Source: Lama guanicoe
Lineage: Eukaryota
Length of the DNA stretch: 64,000 nucleotides
Assembly (NCBI GenBank): GCA_013239625.1
Contig: MU053934.1
Coordinates: forward strand, 2,101,031-2,165,030
Direction of reading: 5' to 3'
A program made the position numbers and the translations under genes. Positions 24,826-37,292 of this stretch are shown piece by piece. Position 1 is the first letter of the stretch. The number at the start of each line of letters is the position of its first letter. The notes under the pieces are model-generated. The model was not told the origin of the DNA and searched no databases. It saw nothing but the letters and a program-made list of their open reading frames with translations.

Positions 24826-24839
24826 CCACCAGGTGGCAG
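24826..24839 (+). promoter_or_regulatory. CTCF binding motif
   Basis: CCACCAGGTGGCAG matches the CTCF core consensus, in non-repeat sequence. Confidence 0.6.
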
Positions 24840-25589
24840 CTGCTACCAGATGGGTTTTTACCTCTCCTTGTTGGTACAGTGAGGATGTGTGTATAGCAAT
24901 CTCTAACCGTTATCTTGGGGAGGGGGAACCCACATGTAAAAAAAAAAAAATCCCACAATCTGTATTTTTGGATTTAGCTATTACTTCATCCTCCTCTGCT
25001 CCAACCTCCACAAGCCTGTGTGCTGTTTCTCTGCTGCTCCCCATCCCAGAGAGGACGCAGCCTTCCCCACACCCTCCCGGCCAGACTGGCTCCAGCCGGC
25101 CCCACTGTGTGCAGTTCCAAAAGCTTGCCATGCCTCCCTGCCTTTGCTTGAGCTTTTCGTCTGCTTCCGTGCCTCTCTCGTCAGGTCTGACATCATTCTG
25201 GAAGCCTTTCCTGACCCTTCCCCTTAGACCCCAGGTAGCGCACTTAGCCTCTGTCCCGTGTGCTCTCCCTTTATCACAGCCACAGATTCCACTCCCTGTA
25301 GACTCGGATCTCTGGTGGGCACAGGGCCTGGCACTCAGTAGGGTTGCGGACTGATTGTCACTCTCTAAGTACTTACTGTGCGCCTTCTCTGTGCTGGGCA
25401 CGAGGGTCTAGGCACCTGCTAGTGATCTTTCTTTGACTTAAACAAACCAGAATCCTGAAAAAGAGAGCCTCTGCCAAGGAGATCATCAGTGCTTGAGAAT
25501 CAGTAGGACTCTGTCCCTCTTCACTTCTCTATAGATGCAAAATATGACATATTAAATAATAAAGTAAATAATAAATAAAACAGGTTCTA

Positions 25590-25712
25590 AATATTGTCTA
25601 AGATACATTAATAGTAAGAAATTATGTGTAGTTTATCTGAAATTCAAACTTCGCTGGGCATCCTGGGTTCTTGCTGCTTTTGGTTTGGTTTGGTTTTTGA
25701 TGAATCTGGCAA
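25590..25712. mobile_element. hAT MITE half (MER53-like)
   Basis: GTTTATCTGAAATTCAAACTTCGCTGGGCATCCTG..ATCTGGCAA. Confidence 0.7.
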
Positions 25713-25985
25713 AAGGCCCTGTTTGCACAGTGGAAGTACAACATGATGGTGTGACCGCATCTCCATGGAGGGCCCTTGAGGCACAAGCCTGCTCCTATTG
25801 AGAAGCAAAGGTATTCTGAAGTATAATGGGCTATTATTTTTAAACCAGAAATCCCTCTTTCCAGGTGATTATATGTTTTCTGGCCTTTTTAATCAATCCC
25901 TTCTTAGAATGTAGACTCTCACCCTAGAAACATTTGGTGTGATTTACAGAAAAAGCTTTAGTCTTAAAGCAAAATCATGGTGGAG

Positions 25986-26123
25986 GGGGAGGGTATAGCT
26001 CAAGTGGTAGACTGCATGCTTAACATGCACAAGGTCCTGGGTTCAATCCCCAGCACCTTCTCTAAATCAATTAAACAAACAAACAAACAAACAAACTTAA
26101 TTACCTTCCCCCTCAAAGAAAAA
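25986..26123 (+). mobile_element. tRNA-derived SINE (vic-1-like), young
   Basis: GGGGAGGGTATAGCTCAAGTGGTAG..GGTTCAATCCCC; perfect 15-bp TSD AAAATCATGGTGGAG 25971-25985 / 26124-26138. Confidence 0.95.
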
Positions 26124-26394
26124 AAAATCATGGTGGAGAGTGAGGCAGGCTGAGACGTGGGGGAGAAGGGTCTTTCTTACATGGGTTTAATTTCCGGCTG
26201 ATCTTGATGGTCTTTTGATGGAGACTGGTACATGGATGCTCCTCTCTGGCCTTGAAGGCTGCATCCCAGGAGGACCGCTTATTGCCCTGCCAACGCATGT
26301 ACAAATTGAGCCAATCAGAGGCTCCTCAAAGGACACACGCAAGCCTAGCCAGGGAGGCAGCCAGCTGATTCTGGAGGCTCTCCAGGGCATTACA

Positions 26395-26800
26395 GTGGAA
26401 AGAGCACTGGACCTGGACTCCAAGACCTTGATCTGAATTCTGGCTCTGCTGCTTTCCAGCTGGGTGTCAATCTGGAATCATTCATGAACCTATTACTTGG
26501 CTATTAGATTCCATGCTAGATACTGTGACATGAATAATGTTAATGAGACATTCCTTTTAAAGTCCTAGAAACTAACTAATGTTGAGCAACTCTAAGTCAT
26601 TTTTTCTCCCTAATCTGAACCTCTACTTCCTAATCTGTAAAATGAGGATGATAATATGGACCTACAATATCTTATCTAAAGCCACTGGCACATTAGGGGC
26701 CAAATGTGCTTCCTAATTCAGGATGTTTCAGTTTTTAGGAAGGTAAGATAGTGTACATACCATCTATTCCATAATAAATAATTACAACACATGGCCAACA
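26395..26800 (+). mobile_element. MIR followed by a MER46C-like fragment
   Basis: GGAAAGAGCACTGGAC..ATCTGTAAAATGAGGATGATAAT; then CTTATCTAAA..GGGGCCAAATGTG..AGGAAGGTAA. Confidence 0.7.
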
Positions 26801-26959
26801 ATAAACAGTTAAATAAGGCAGCATTAGGGAGGCTTTTTTTTTTTAAATAAGGTAGATCTGTGTGTACTGACAAGCAAGGACCAGTAGAGTCATCAGACAT
26901 ATATCAACATGTCCTCAGTGTACTGATGAGGGAAACAAGATATATAGACTGGTATATTA

Positions 26960-29900
26960 TTGTTTCATATAAATGGACTTATACAATATATAATCTTTTG
27001 TGACTGGCTTCTTTCACTTAGCATAATGTTTTTAAGCTTCATTTGTATTGTAGCATGTACCAATACTTCATTCCTTTTTTCCCCCTGTGTAATTAAAAAA
27101 ACTTTAAAAAATTGTGGTAAAATGTGCATTAAGATTGACCATTTTAACCGTTTGTTAAGTGTACAGTTCAGTGACATTAAGCACTGTCATTGTTGTGCAG
27201 TCACCACCATCCATCTCCAGGACGTTTCCAGCATCCCAGACTGAAACCCTGTACCTATTAAGCAGTAACTCCCCATTCTCCCCGCCCACAACCCCTGGTA
27301 ACCGCCATTCTACTCTCTGATCTGTGTATTTGACTATTCCTTGTACCTTGTATGAGAGAAATCATACAATAAATATTGTATATGTTCCCTATAAATGGAA
27401 TAATAAGGTAAATATTATAGACACGTCCTCTTGTGTCTGGCTTATTTCACGTAGCATAATGCCTTCATGGTTCATCCATGCTGTAGCTGTATCAAGATTT
27501 CAGTCCTCTTTAAAGCTAAATAATATTTCACTGCATGTATATACCACATTTTATGTATTCATTTATCAATTGATGGAGATTTGGGTTGTTTCCACTTTTT
27601 GGCTGTTATGAATAATGGTGTCCTGTACATTCATGTATAAGGTTTTGTGCAGACATAGGTTTTCATTTCTCTTAGATTTATACGTAGGAGTAAAATTGGT
27701 AAGTTGCATGGTAACTGATGTTATCTCTTTGAACAACTGCCAAACTGCTTTCTCTTATCAGCTGCATCATTTTACTTTTCCAACTGCGATATAAGAGAAT
27801 TCCAACTTCTCCACACCCTCACCAACATTTGTTATTGTTGATGTCCTTTCCTAATGGGCGTGAAGTGTTATCTCACTGTGGTTTTGATCTGCATTTCTCT
27901 AATGACAATGATGTTGAGCATTTTTTCATGTGCTTGTTGGCTGTTTTCTAGAACACCCTTTTAATTCCCTTGTTGGTTTTTTTGATTTGCTATGTTTTCA
28001 AAAAATTTTAAGAGCTCTTTTGAAGATTAACATCTTAATTTAAAACAATCTAGTTCAGATTAGTGCTAACTTAATTTTTTTAATTTTTATTTTTCAGTGG
28101 AGGTACCAGGGACTGAACCCAGGACCTCATGCGTACGAAGCAGGCACTCTACCACTGAACTATTACCCTCCCTCCAGCACTAAGTTAATTTTAATCGTAC
28201 ACAAAAACTTTACTCAGAATAGCTGTCCTCTTTCTCCTCCTTTGTGCTATTGTCATACAAATGACATCTTTATGCATTATAAGTCAATCTGTCAATAGTT
28301 TTATAATTTTTGCTTTATGCAGTTGTCTTTTAAGTCAGTTAGAAGAAAAGAGTTACAAACCAAAAACATATATATATATACTGCCTTTTATATTTACTAA
28401 TGCAGTTACTTTTACTGGTGCTCTTAATTTCTCCTACCTGCTCAAATCTGCTGTTAAGCCCCTCTCAGGAAATTTTCATTTCAGTGATTATAATTCTCAA
28501 CTCCACAGCTTCTATTTGGTTCTCTTAAAAATATAATTTCTATCTCTTTAGGTGATATTCTTTTTTAACTTCCCATAATGAATTTTTAATTAGAATTGTA
28601 ATTTATGATTAAAAAATGTTTTATACAATTTTTAAAGGGTACATTCCATTTACAATTATTACAAGATACTGGCTACATTCCCCCTGTTGTACCATACATC
28701 CTTGCAGCCTAACATATGCCCAGGAGCTTAGCTGATAGTCTTTATTTGGTGAGACAACATTCTCATACTTTATCTTTGGACACGGTATTCTTTAGTTCTT
28801 TGAACATATTTATAATAACAGCTGACTTACAACTGACAAGTAATTAACATCTGGGCTTCCTCGGGGATCCTTTCTATTGACTGCCTCTTTTCCTGTATAT
28901 GTATGGCTTCTACTTTCCTGTTTATTGGTTTGTTTAAAAGTCTCATAACTATTTTTGTTGAAAACTGTACATTCAACATGTTATAATGTGGCAGCTCTGG
29001 AAAGCATACCCTCTCTGTCCCTGGGATTTGTTCTTGTTACTATTTCTGTTGTCACTGTATTTGTTGAGTTGTTGCTATTTGTTTAGTGACTTTCCTGGAC
29101 TAATTCTGTGAAGCCTTAATCCTTTCTATGTGTGGCCACTGAAGTTTCTGCTGGGTAATTAACCTTGTAGCTAGACGTGATCAGCTAATGATTAGGTAGA
29201 GCTTTCCTTAAATGCTTTAACCAACAAACCTCTCATCGTCTGTTGAAGGGGTCTCTGCTGTGTATGCTGGGTGTGTCTCCAGTGCTCCAGCAGGTGGTTT
29301 ACAACTCTGCCTTGGCATCACTTCCTGGTAGGTCAGCCAGAGGTGAAACATGACGGCCTTCTCAGGTCTTTTCTGGGTATACATAGCTCTGCACATGCCC
29401 ATGACCTTCTAGATTCCCAGGGCCATGTCAGAGCTTTTCAAAGCCCCCAAATTTTCCTTTTAGGTTTTTCGACCAGCCTCTTGTTTACCCCAACTGGTAT
29501 CGCCACCTCAGACAGCTGTGATGTTAAACAATTGCCATTGATTGTTGCAACAACAATCTCCCAGGCACAGGGCTATTGTCCCTGAGTGAGCTCTGAGCCA
29601 AGTCAATAAAGACAAAATCTGGATAGGGCTTTTCCCAGGAGCTGTCAGACAGGAAGAGTGACAATCTTCTGGGTAGTTCCAAACACATTCTGCTCCCTCC
29701 AGTGGCTGTTAGGCTGCTGGTTTTCACAACTACTGTGGTTATGAGCTGCTAGTTTTAAGGCTATCATCGAACTGAGGGAGGTAGATAGGAATGGAACAAG
29801 TTAAAACAGTACAAAGTTCATTGTTCTTAGTGCAATTCAGCTGTTTTTCTTGAATAAAATAAAATCATCAGATTGTTACAAGCCTTTGATTAATTTCCAG

Positions 29901-29990
29901 AGTTCGAAAAAAGTTGATATTTGACAATTTTTGCCAGTGTTCTCACTGCATTTATTTTCAGAGGTCATTATTCCGGCCATTCTGGAAGTG
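26960..29990 (-). mobile_element. composite of old L1 fragments (L1MB/L1MD-like) with younger insertions
   Basis: TGACTGGCTTCTTTCACTTAGCATAATG, CCACACCCTCACCAACATTTGTTATTG, ATGTTGAGCATTTTTTCATGTGC; T-rich strand. Confidence 0.8.
28079..28175 (-). mobile_element. tRNA-derived SINE (vic-1-like)
   Basis: GGAGGTACCAGGGACTGAACCCAGGACC..CTCTACCACTGAACTA; TSD AGTGCTAACTTAATTTT 28062-28078 / AGCACTAAGTTAATTTT 28176-28192. Confidence 0.9.
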
Positions 29991-30529
29991 CATCTTAGGC
30001 TATGCATTTTAAATACATGAAACCAATTGGTTGTCATTAAGCTAATTTCCTAAGAGTAATACTCAAGGAAATAGGTAATACTAATATCTACTCTCTAGTG
30101 GCTTGAAGTCAGGGTCTTTATCTGATTATCTCTGTATTAATAAGGTCTGAAATAGTGGCTGGTGCAGAGTAAGTAGTCATTAACATTTTAAATGAATAAC
30201 TACAAATCTTTCATTTGAATTGTGGTTTGTAATTTACAGAGTCCTTTCTCATGATCTCATTCTATGTAGTGTAATTTAATTCAGCAATATTTCCTGATCA
30301 TTAATTACAGGCCAGTCAGTGTATCAAGTGTCAAGGATAGGAAGATAAATTAAGACAGAGCCTTGCTCTGGAAGGTATTTTCAGGCTGGTTGGAGACACA
30401 AAATACAAGTGCATATAAAAAAAAAATAACAATATGGAGTGTAAGTTCCATGAGGGTGGGCCCTCCATCTGTCTTATACTGCACTTACACGCAGAGCGTT
30501 AGAAGAGTACCTGATGTCACAAAGATATT

Positions 30530-31052
30530 TGTGGCATGTTGGCATGGCCACAGTTTCTTTTATACTCATTCTGTTGAAAGATGGGGTCTATATTCTTTCT
30601 CTTTGGACTGAATGGAAATTGTAACTGCTTTGACCAATAGAATACAACCAACGTGACATTGTGGTTGTTTCCGGACCCAAGCTTTATCAGAGGCCATCAG
30701 TTTCCATTTTTGTTTTCTTGGAATACTCACTCTTGAAACCCAGCTTCCAGGCCAGAAGGAGGCCCATGCAGCCCTGAGGAGAGGCCCATATGCAGAGGAG
30801 CTAAGGACCCTAGTGGATAGCCCCGGCCAACACAAAAGTCTACGTCAACTCGCCAGCCATGTGAGTGAGCCATCTTGGAAGTGGATCCTCCAGCCCTGGC
30901 TGAGTCACCCCAGCTGATATTGCATGAGCAGAGATGGGTTGTCCCACTGAGCCCTACCCAACTTGAAATTTCAAGAGTTAAATAAGTTATTATTGTTATC
31001 TCAAGCCACTGAGTTTTGGGGTGGAGTGTTACACAGCACTGGATAGTCACAC
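30530..31052 (+). mobile_element. MaLR solo LTR (MLT1F-like), within L2 remnants
   Basis: ATGGCCACAG..GAAAGATGGGGTCTAT..GCCAGCCATGTGAGTGAGCCATCTTGGAAGTGGATCCTCCAGCCC..AAGCCACTGAGTTTTGGGGTG. Confidence 0.88.
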
Positions 31053-31739
31053 CAACATTCAGTAAATATTTGTCAACTGCCTATGATTGTTGACAACCTG
31101 TTATTAATTGTTAAGAGGGGTAACGTACATTATCTCATTTAACCTTTTCAATAATGTTGCTGATAAGGCAACTTACCCAACATCATACAGCTGGTAAGTG
31201 GTAGAACTGGGAGTAGACCCCAAATGTTTCTGATGTCAAAACTAGATTTTTATATCTATTTCCATTATACCATGCTGCCTCTCTCTGAAGAACTAGAATG
31301 ATGTTTGCCAGAGGCCAAGGGAGGATGAGATCCCTAGGAGCTGGACTGGGCAAGGAAGTCTTTATGGAGATAGAGCTTGAGATAATTCTTGAACAAAGAG
31401 GAAAAAAAATTATCCAGGTAAAGAAGGAAATAAAGGGAGGGAGAACAGTATGAGAATGGTCTCTATGAAGTTGAACCCTCTATGGCTCCTGTTCCATTTA
31501 CTATTTTGGGTTGCTTTACCTTGAAGTGTAGAAGTGTGAAACAACCATTTTATTTAGCATCTAGGTCAGCAGGCAAGTTGACCTTTTCCCTTCCCCATTT
31601 TGCTAAGCACCAGGTAGCAGAGACACTTGACCCCAGACCAGAGCAATGTGCTCAGGACTTGAGGGGGAAAAGCACCCCAGGAGTAATCTGAGGCCCCCTA
31701 TTCCCAAAAGACAGCTTCTCACATTTTTTTCTCTTCCTC

Positions 31740-32960
31740 ACCATTGGCTCCAGTCATGCAATACATTGCCCTGAAATCAATCAAAGAAAAACCAACAAAG
31801 AAAAACACCAAGTACTAGAGAAGATGGAGCAGCACTTAAGGAAATAGACAGAAGCTTAATAGAAGGTATTTAATGTCCTCAGAGGAATATGAGATGAATA
31901 ATGCACCCATGAAACAAGATGTAACACATGCCCTGCCCATGTCCCCTCACCTTTCCCACTTTGGTTCACAGTGAACTTGTCCCAACTGCCAGCACCTGCA
32001 TTTCTTTGCCTGAGTTTTTTTTTTTGTCTTTTGGTTTTTGTTTTCCCCTACTTACCTCCAAAGTCCTCTTTGCTAACTGGGTGGCATGCTTGAAGTGCTG
32101 AGGAATTAACATGCCCTCTCCTGGAAGGAGCCCTCAGCAAATGACCAATGGGAGTGGTATAAATACTCCAGCTCCCTTACTCCTTGGGATTGAATAACTC
32201 TGGAACACCTGTACCACATTGGCCACCTGTACCACACCTGTACCACAGAGTGATTAACGGTGGTAACTGGCTCGATAATGCACCCTCTGTTGGCTGCCTT
32301 CCCTTCCCCATTACATTTCCCTACTTTCCCTACTGGTAGTTCGTGGTATCATCTCCCAAGTAAGCCACTTGAACTCAAATCATTTTTTAAAGGAACCCAA
32401 ACTAAGCCCAAGAAACAAGAAATTATGAAAAAGAAAGTGGGTAGATGGACTGGATCTCCATAATGAACATAGATGGATAAAGAATTAGCAGAATATGGAG
32501 AATAGGAAAGAAAAGTTAAGTGACATGGATGGTAGATTCAGAGATTCTAACACCTGTCTAAAAGAACAGAAATAAATCAAAGGAAAAAATAATCCAGGAA
32601 ATAATAAAAGAAAAATTTCCCTCTAGGCTGAAAAAACCCACAAATCCTCACACTGAACAGACTATGAATGAAGAATAACTCATCCTGATGAAATTTACAA
32701 ACCCCAAGAGTAAGAAAGTCCTAAAATCTTTTAAAGATACAAAGCAGGTTACTGACAAAGAAACGAGTTTTGATGAGGCTAGAAACTGCACCAGTACTAC
32801 TGAATGCTAAAAGACCATGGTGCCATCCCTTCAAAGTTCTGCGGGAAAGTGTTCGAATCCTCTGCCTAGCCAAAAACCATTTATAAGAGAGGGGAAAATG
32901 AAGACATTTATAAGCATGCCAGAGCCTAGATCTAGAGGCACTTTCAATCAAAATGAAAAG
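31740..32960 (+). mobile_element. old L1/HAL1 ORF1-region remnant interrupted by an LTR16-like LTR (about 31920-32410)
   Basis: A-rich ORF1-like sequence (..TTCAAAGTTCTGCGGGAAA..) either side of CAGCACCTGCATTTCTTTGCCTGAG...GGAACCCAAACTAAG. Confidence 0.65.
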
Positions 32961-33569
32961 AAAATCTGACAGCAACGTTTATGGTGCCGAAGGCAAGCGG
33001 CTGAGACCTCCCCACTCCCTGGACTCTGCTCCACTCATGTCTGCATGTGCTGGTGGCCCCTGCTGGGCCCCAGAGGTCGTGCCTTCCTCTCAGTGTTCCT
33101 TTTTAGTTTCCTGTATCACCAGCCTGACATTTAATCAAGTGCTACCTTGAGAGACGGTGTGTAGGGCTACAGCAAATCTTTCCCCTTCGGCATCGCTGCT
33201 TCACTATTCACGTGTTCGCTTGGCCATCCGGTTTGGATTACAAACTTCCACTAATGAGGACTGTATCTTGTACATAATCAATAAATATTCACTGAGCTTT
33301 AACACATCAATCTCTCGAATTTCATTTCTCAGAGTATAGCATCCTGCTGCCCAAGCCTCTTTTTCCCAGCTAAATTGCTCTAAACACCTTCTCAAAACTC
33401 AGTCTGCTGACTTTTTCCCTCTCCTTCTCCCCTTACGCACCCTCTCCAGCTCCACTTTTCTTTTCCATCCCTCAAGCCTGTCTTCATACCGCTGAAGAGG
33501 GTCTCTGTGCTCTCCTGGGCATTCTTCTGTACTTGTTTTCCTGATTAATGTCATCAAGGCCAAGAGCCA

Positions 33570-33810
33570 AGGAGATGAAGGGTTTATCAAGAGCCCACCA
33601 TGTGCCAGGCAGTATTCTAAGCCCTTCATGTGGATTAATGAGTTCCCCTCTCCCAGCTGTCCAATGGGATAAGGACTTTTATTCATCTCATATTTCAGAT
33701 GGGAAAACCAAGGCACAGAGAGGGAAGGTAACTTCCTTGAGGATTCACAGCAGTTGATAGATGGAGCTGGGATTCTAACTCAGGCAGTCTTGTTCTTGCT
33801 CTTAACTACA
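33570..33810 (-). mobile_element. MIR SINE
   Basis: TTTATCAAGAGCCCACCATGTGCCAGGC..TTTCAGATGGGAAAACCAAGGCACAGAGAGG. Confidence 0.85.
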
Positions 33811-33888
33811 ATGAATTTCAGAGACTTGGCTAGGTTTCATCTCTTGTCAACCAGTAAATATCCAGAGATTTAAAAGCAAGTAGGATAC

Positions 33889-34519
33889 AGAGAAAACTAT
33901 AATTCGAAAAGACACATGAACGCCAGTGTTTACAACAGCGCTATTTACAGTAGCCATGACACATGGAAGCAACCTAAATGTCCATTGACAGATGACTGGA
34001 TAAAGAAGATGTGGTATATATATATATATATATATATATTATGGAATATTAATCAATCAATACAAAGAATGAAATAATGCCATTTGCAGCAACATGGATG
34101 AACCTAGATTACCATACTAAGTGAAGTAAGTCAGAGAAAAACAAACATATATCACTTATATGTGGAATCTAAAAAAAGAATGATACAAATGAACTTATTT
34201 ACAAAGCAGAAATAGACTCACAGATATAGAAAACAAACTTATCGTTACGAAAGCCAGGGTGAAGGGATAAATTAGGAGTTTGGGATTAGCAGATACAAAC
34301 TGCTATATATAAAATAGATAAACAACAAGATCCTACTGTATAGCACAGGGAAATACATTCAATATCCTGCAATAAAGCATAATGGAAAAGTGTATATATA
34401 TATATCTATATCTATATCTATATCTATATCTATATATATCTGAGTCACTTGGCTGTCCACCAGAAACTAACACATTATAAAACAACTATAGTTCAATAAA
34501 ATTTTTAAAAATTAAAAAA
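33889..34519 (+). mobile_element. 5'-truncated L1 (ORF2 end plus 3' UTR) containing (TA)n tracts
   Basis: GAGAAAACTATAATTCGAAAAGACACATG..GAAGCAACCTAAATGTCCATTGACAGATG; TSD AAGTAGGAT on both sides. Confidence 0.92.
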
Positions 34520-34719
34520 AAGTAGGATCTATTCAGAGGACAGGGCAGAACAACAGGCAGAGCAGAAATATATATATATATATATATATCTGAGTCACTT
34601 GGCTGTCCACCAGAAACTAACACATTATAAAACAACTATAGTTCAATAAAATTTTTAAAAATTAAAAAAAAGTAGGATCTATTCAGAGGACAGGGCAGAA
34701 CAACAGGCAGAGCAGAAAT
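34431..34719 (+). repeat. exact direct duplication, period 150 bp (34431-34569 = 34581-34719)
   Basis: 139 identical bases TATATATATCTGAGTCACTTGG...GAGCAGAAAT repeated, joined by a (TA)n run. Confidence 0.95.
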
Positions 34720-35423
34720 GGAGAATCAGGATTGGCACTAACGGGAGACAACAAGTGAAAGTTAGTTTGGAAGGTGGGGTACACAACAAGAGTAAGAATA
34801 TATGACATATAACATATCTACAGTTACGGAATTTACAAAGCACATACACATGCTTATTTCACATTTCACTTGATCCTGATAACAATACTTGGAGAGAGAA
34901 TTCAAGAGAATCATTGCTCTTGACATTTCATAGATAAAAGTCTGATGCTCAGAGAGGTTAAGTGACTTGTTCAAGGTCACACAGCCAAGAAATGGCAGAG
35001 CAGGCACTTGAACACTCATGCTTCCTGACTCCAGGCATGAATAACTGGAGCATAAGGTGCTGAGTGGAGGTACAATGCCAGTCAGAGCTTATGCAATATT
35101 TAACTGGTTTTCTGCAGTTACAAAACATACTGTTTCTATTAATATACCTACTGTTTGTCTTTTGGAAAAAAACCCAGTAGTATTTTTGGTTAGGGTTCCA
35201 CCAGGGAAGGATTTCCTCCTCCACTTGTTTGAGACAAATCACTACTGCTCATGCAGCTGCCCACCCATCTCCAAACAATTCAAGTTTCAAACAGAGACCA
35301 GGCAGAGGAAGGGGGAGAAGGGAGGGGAGCGGGGGACCAGGAGACAGTCTTTGGAGGACTTCTATTTCCACTATGCAGGAGTGACTTCCACTCCATCTCA
35401 TCAGATATTTGTAAGATGCTCTA

Positions 35424-35587
35424 GGGGGAGGGTATAGCTCAGTGGTAGAGTGTGTGCCCAGCATGCACAAGGTACTAGGTTCAATCCCCAGTACCTCCAT
35501 CAAAAAATATATCAAGCTAATTACCACCCCTCCTCCAAAAAAGGATGTAAGATTAAGTAATAAGATTAATATTGGGGGGAAAAAAAA
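35424..35587 (+). mobile_element. tRNA-derived SINE (vic-1-like)
   Basis: GGGGGAGGGTATAGCTCAGTGGTAGAG..GGTTCAATCCCCAGTACC. Confidence 0.92.
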
Positions 35588-36134
35588 GACACTACATCTT
35601 TTCCCAAGTACCTGGCGGTTAGGGTAGCTGGGAAGAGAGATAGGAGCTGCCCTGGTGGAGACAAGGGCAAGGATTCACCTTGACATCTTAAACACACTAC
35701 AGGAGGCTTGTGTTTTCACAGCCATATTGCTGGAAAAAGAAATCGTAACCTGCAGCCCCTGAGCCAGAAAGCCAGCACCCAGAGCTCACCTTGGCCCTTT
35801 GTTTCCTCTTGGCTGTGGGACAGGATCCCATAAAGGATGGCAGCTGGGAGGCCAGGCCCCAATGCAGCCTGAGCCAGGCCTCAGGGGGCCAAGCAGCCTC
35901 CTGGCCACATGTCCCTTCTGACCACACGGGAAGGTCCCGTCAGCTAGGGTTTTCTGGGTGTGGGTCCTTGCATGGTCCTAGGAAGGCAAAGATGAGTAAC
36001 ACCTGGTCCTTGTTCTCCAGGCCGGTGCTATCCACGAGGGAGGCACGTGTGCATCGCATGCCTCTAATCTGGCCACGTGGGTGAAGCAGCGGCTCCACTC
36101 GCAGGGGCCAGTGGGGTGCAAGGAGATGGGGGTG

Positions 36135-36147
36135 TGCCCCCTGCAGG
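36135..36147 (-). promoter_or_regulatory. CTCF-like motif next to an E-box cluster
   Basis: Minus strand CCTGCAGGGGGCA; CACGTG at 36044 and 36074. Confidence 0.45.
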
Positions 36148-37292
36148 ACGACTTCTGCTGTCTCCAGTGCTGGAATCCTGGCTGGCCAGCTTCCTAGCGA
36201 TGTGACCCGGCAAATGATCTGACTTCTTCAGTCTTGGCTCCCCATGCTGTGAAATGGGAAACGTAATAATCCTCACCCTGCAGGGTTGTTGAGGGGAGAA
36301 GCGGCACCTGGAGGGGCAGTGCAGATGTTCACTACCCAGAGCGGAAAGCAAGAGCCTGGGGAGGGAAGGGTTAAGCCAGCAGAAGTGCCCCTCCCCCAGG
36401 GGCTTGAGCCAGAAAGAAAGATTTGGAAGGGAGGGGAGCAGGACAGGCCCAGAGGGCGGAGGGACTGGGGTCAGGGCCCCACATGTGTTGGGGAACCCAT
36501 GGACCCAGCTCTGGGTCCAAACTGCCCTCCCACCTCTGCCCTGGCAAGTAACTTCCTGCCAGTTTGGGAAATTGCCTTGTGGAATTTTTCTGCTCCCAGG
36601 AGTGTGTTTTCGGAGACAGGTTCAAAATCTCTAGTTACCAACATTCCTGAGACAGACCCAGAGGAGGTGGAGACGGATTACACAGTGTTGGGCCGGGTTG
36701 GGGGGTGGGGGGAGGAGGAGATCAAGGAGGGGCGGAGCAGATAGCTGTGCCAGACACCCCTTCCCAGCTCTGGGGCCGTCCCGGGGGCCCTCCTCTGCGG
36801 TCACAGTCACCGCATCTCCTCTCACGGGCACACAGGTGAGGAAAATGCTAGGGTCTAAAAGAGGTGCTCATGTGTGAATGTCACCCAGAAATGCCCTGAA
36901 TCATAAAGACCAGGGTTGGGACCAGCATCCTGATTGGCCCACTCACTTTACAGGTGAGGAAGAGAAAAAAGATCACAGGAGGTCATCTCTCCACCACGCT
37001 GGAGGGTCCCCACCCAGCGCAGATCTCATTAGCAAGCTGGCTGGAGATCCCGAGAGAGGTTCCTGTGATCTGACAGTAACCTTTGGGGAGTTTGCTAGAC
37101 TCACAACAAGGACGACCCTCAGGGCAGGGAATATTATCTTCCTCATTTTTCCAGTGAAGGAATCAGAGAGGCCGGGTGACCTCTCCAAGGTCACAGCTGT
37201 GGCTTAGGGAGATCCGGACGGTTTTGCCCCAGGGACTGTGTCCACTCAGGGAGTCTCCTGGAGGAATGTCACCGTGCTCCAGCCTTAGAGAT

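Noticed and set aside
32205..32248. CACCTGTACCACA x3 (and AGTACTATG repeats at about 48930-48990) as CRISPR-like arrays
   Set aside because: Mammalian DNA; short slippage repeats without unique spacers or cas genes
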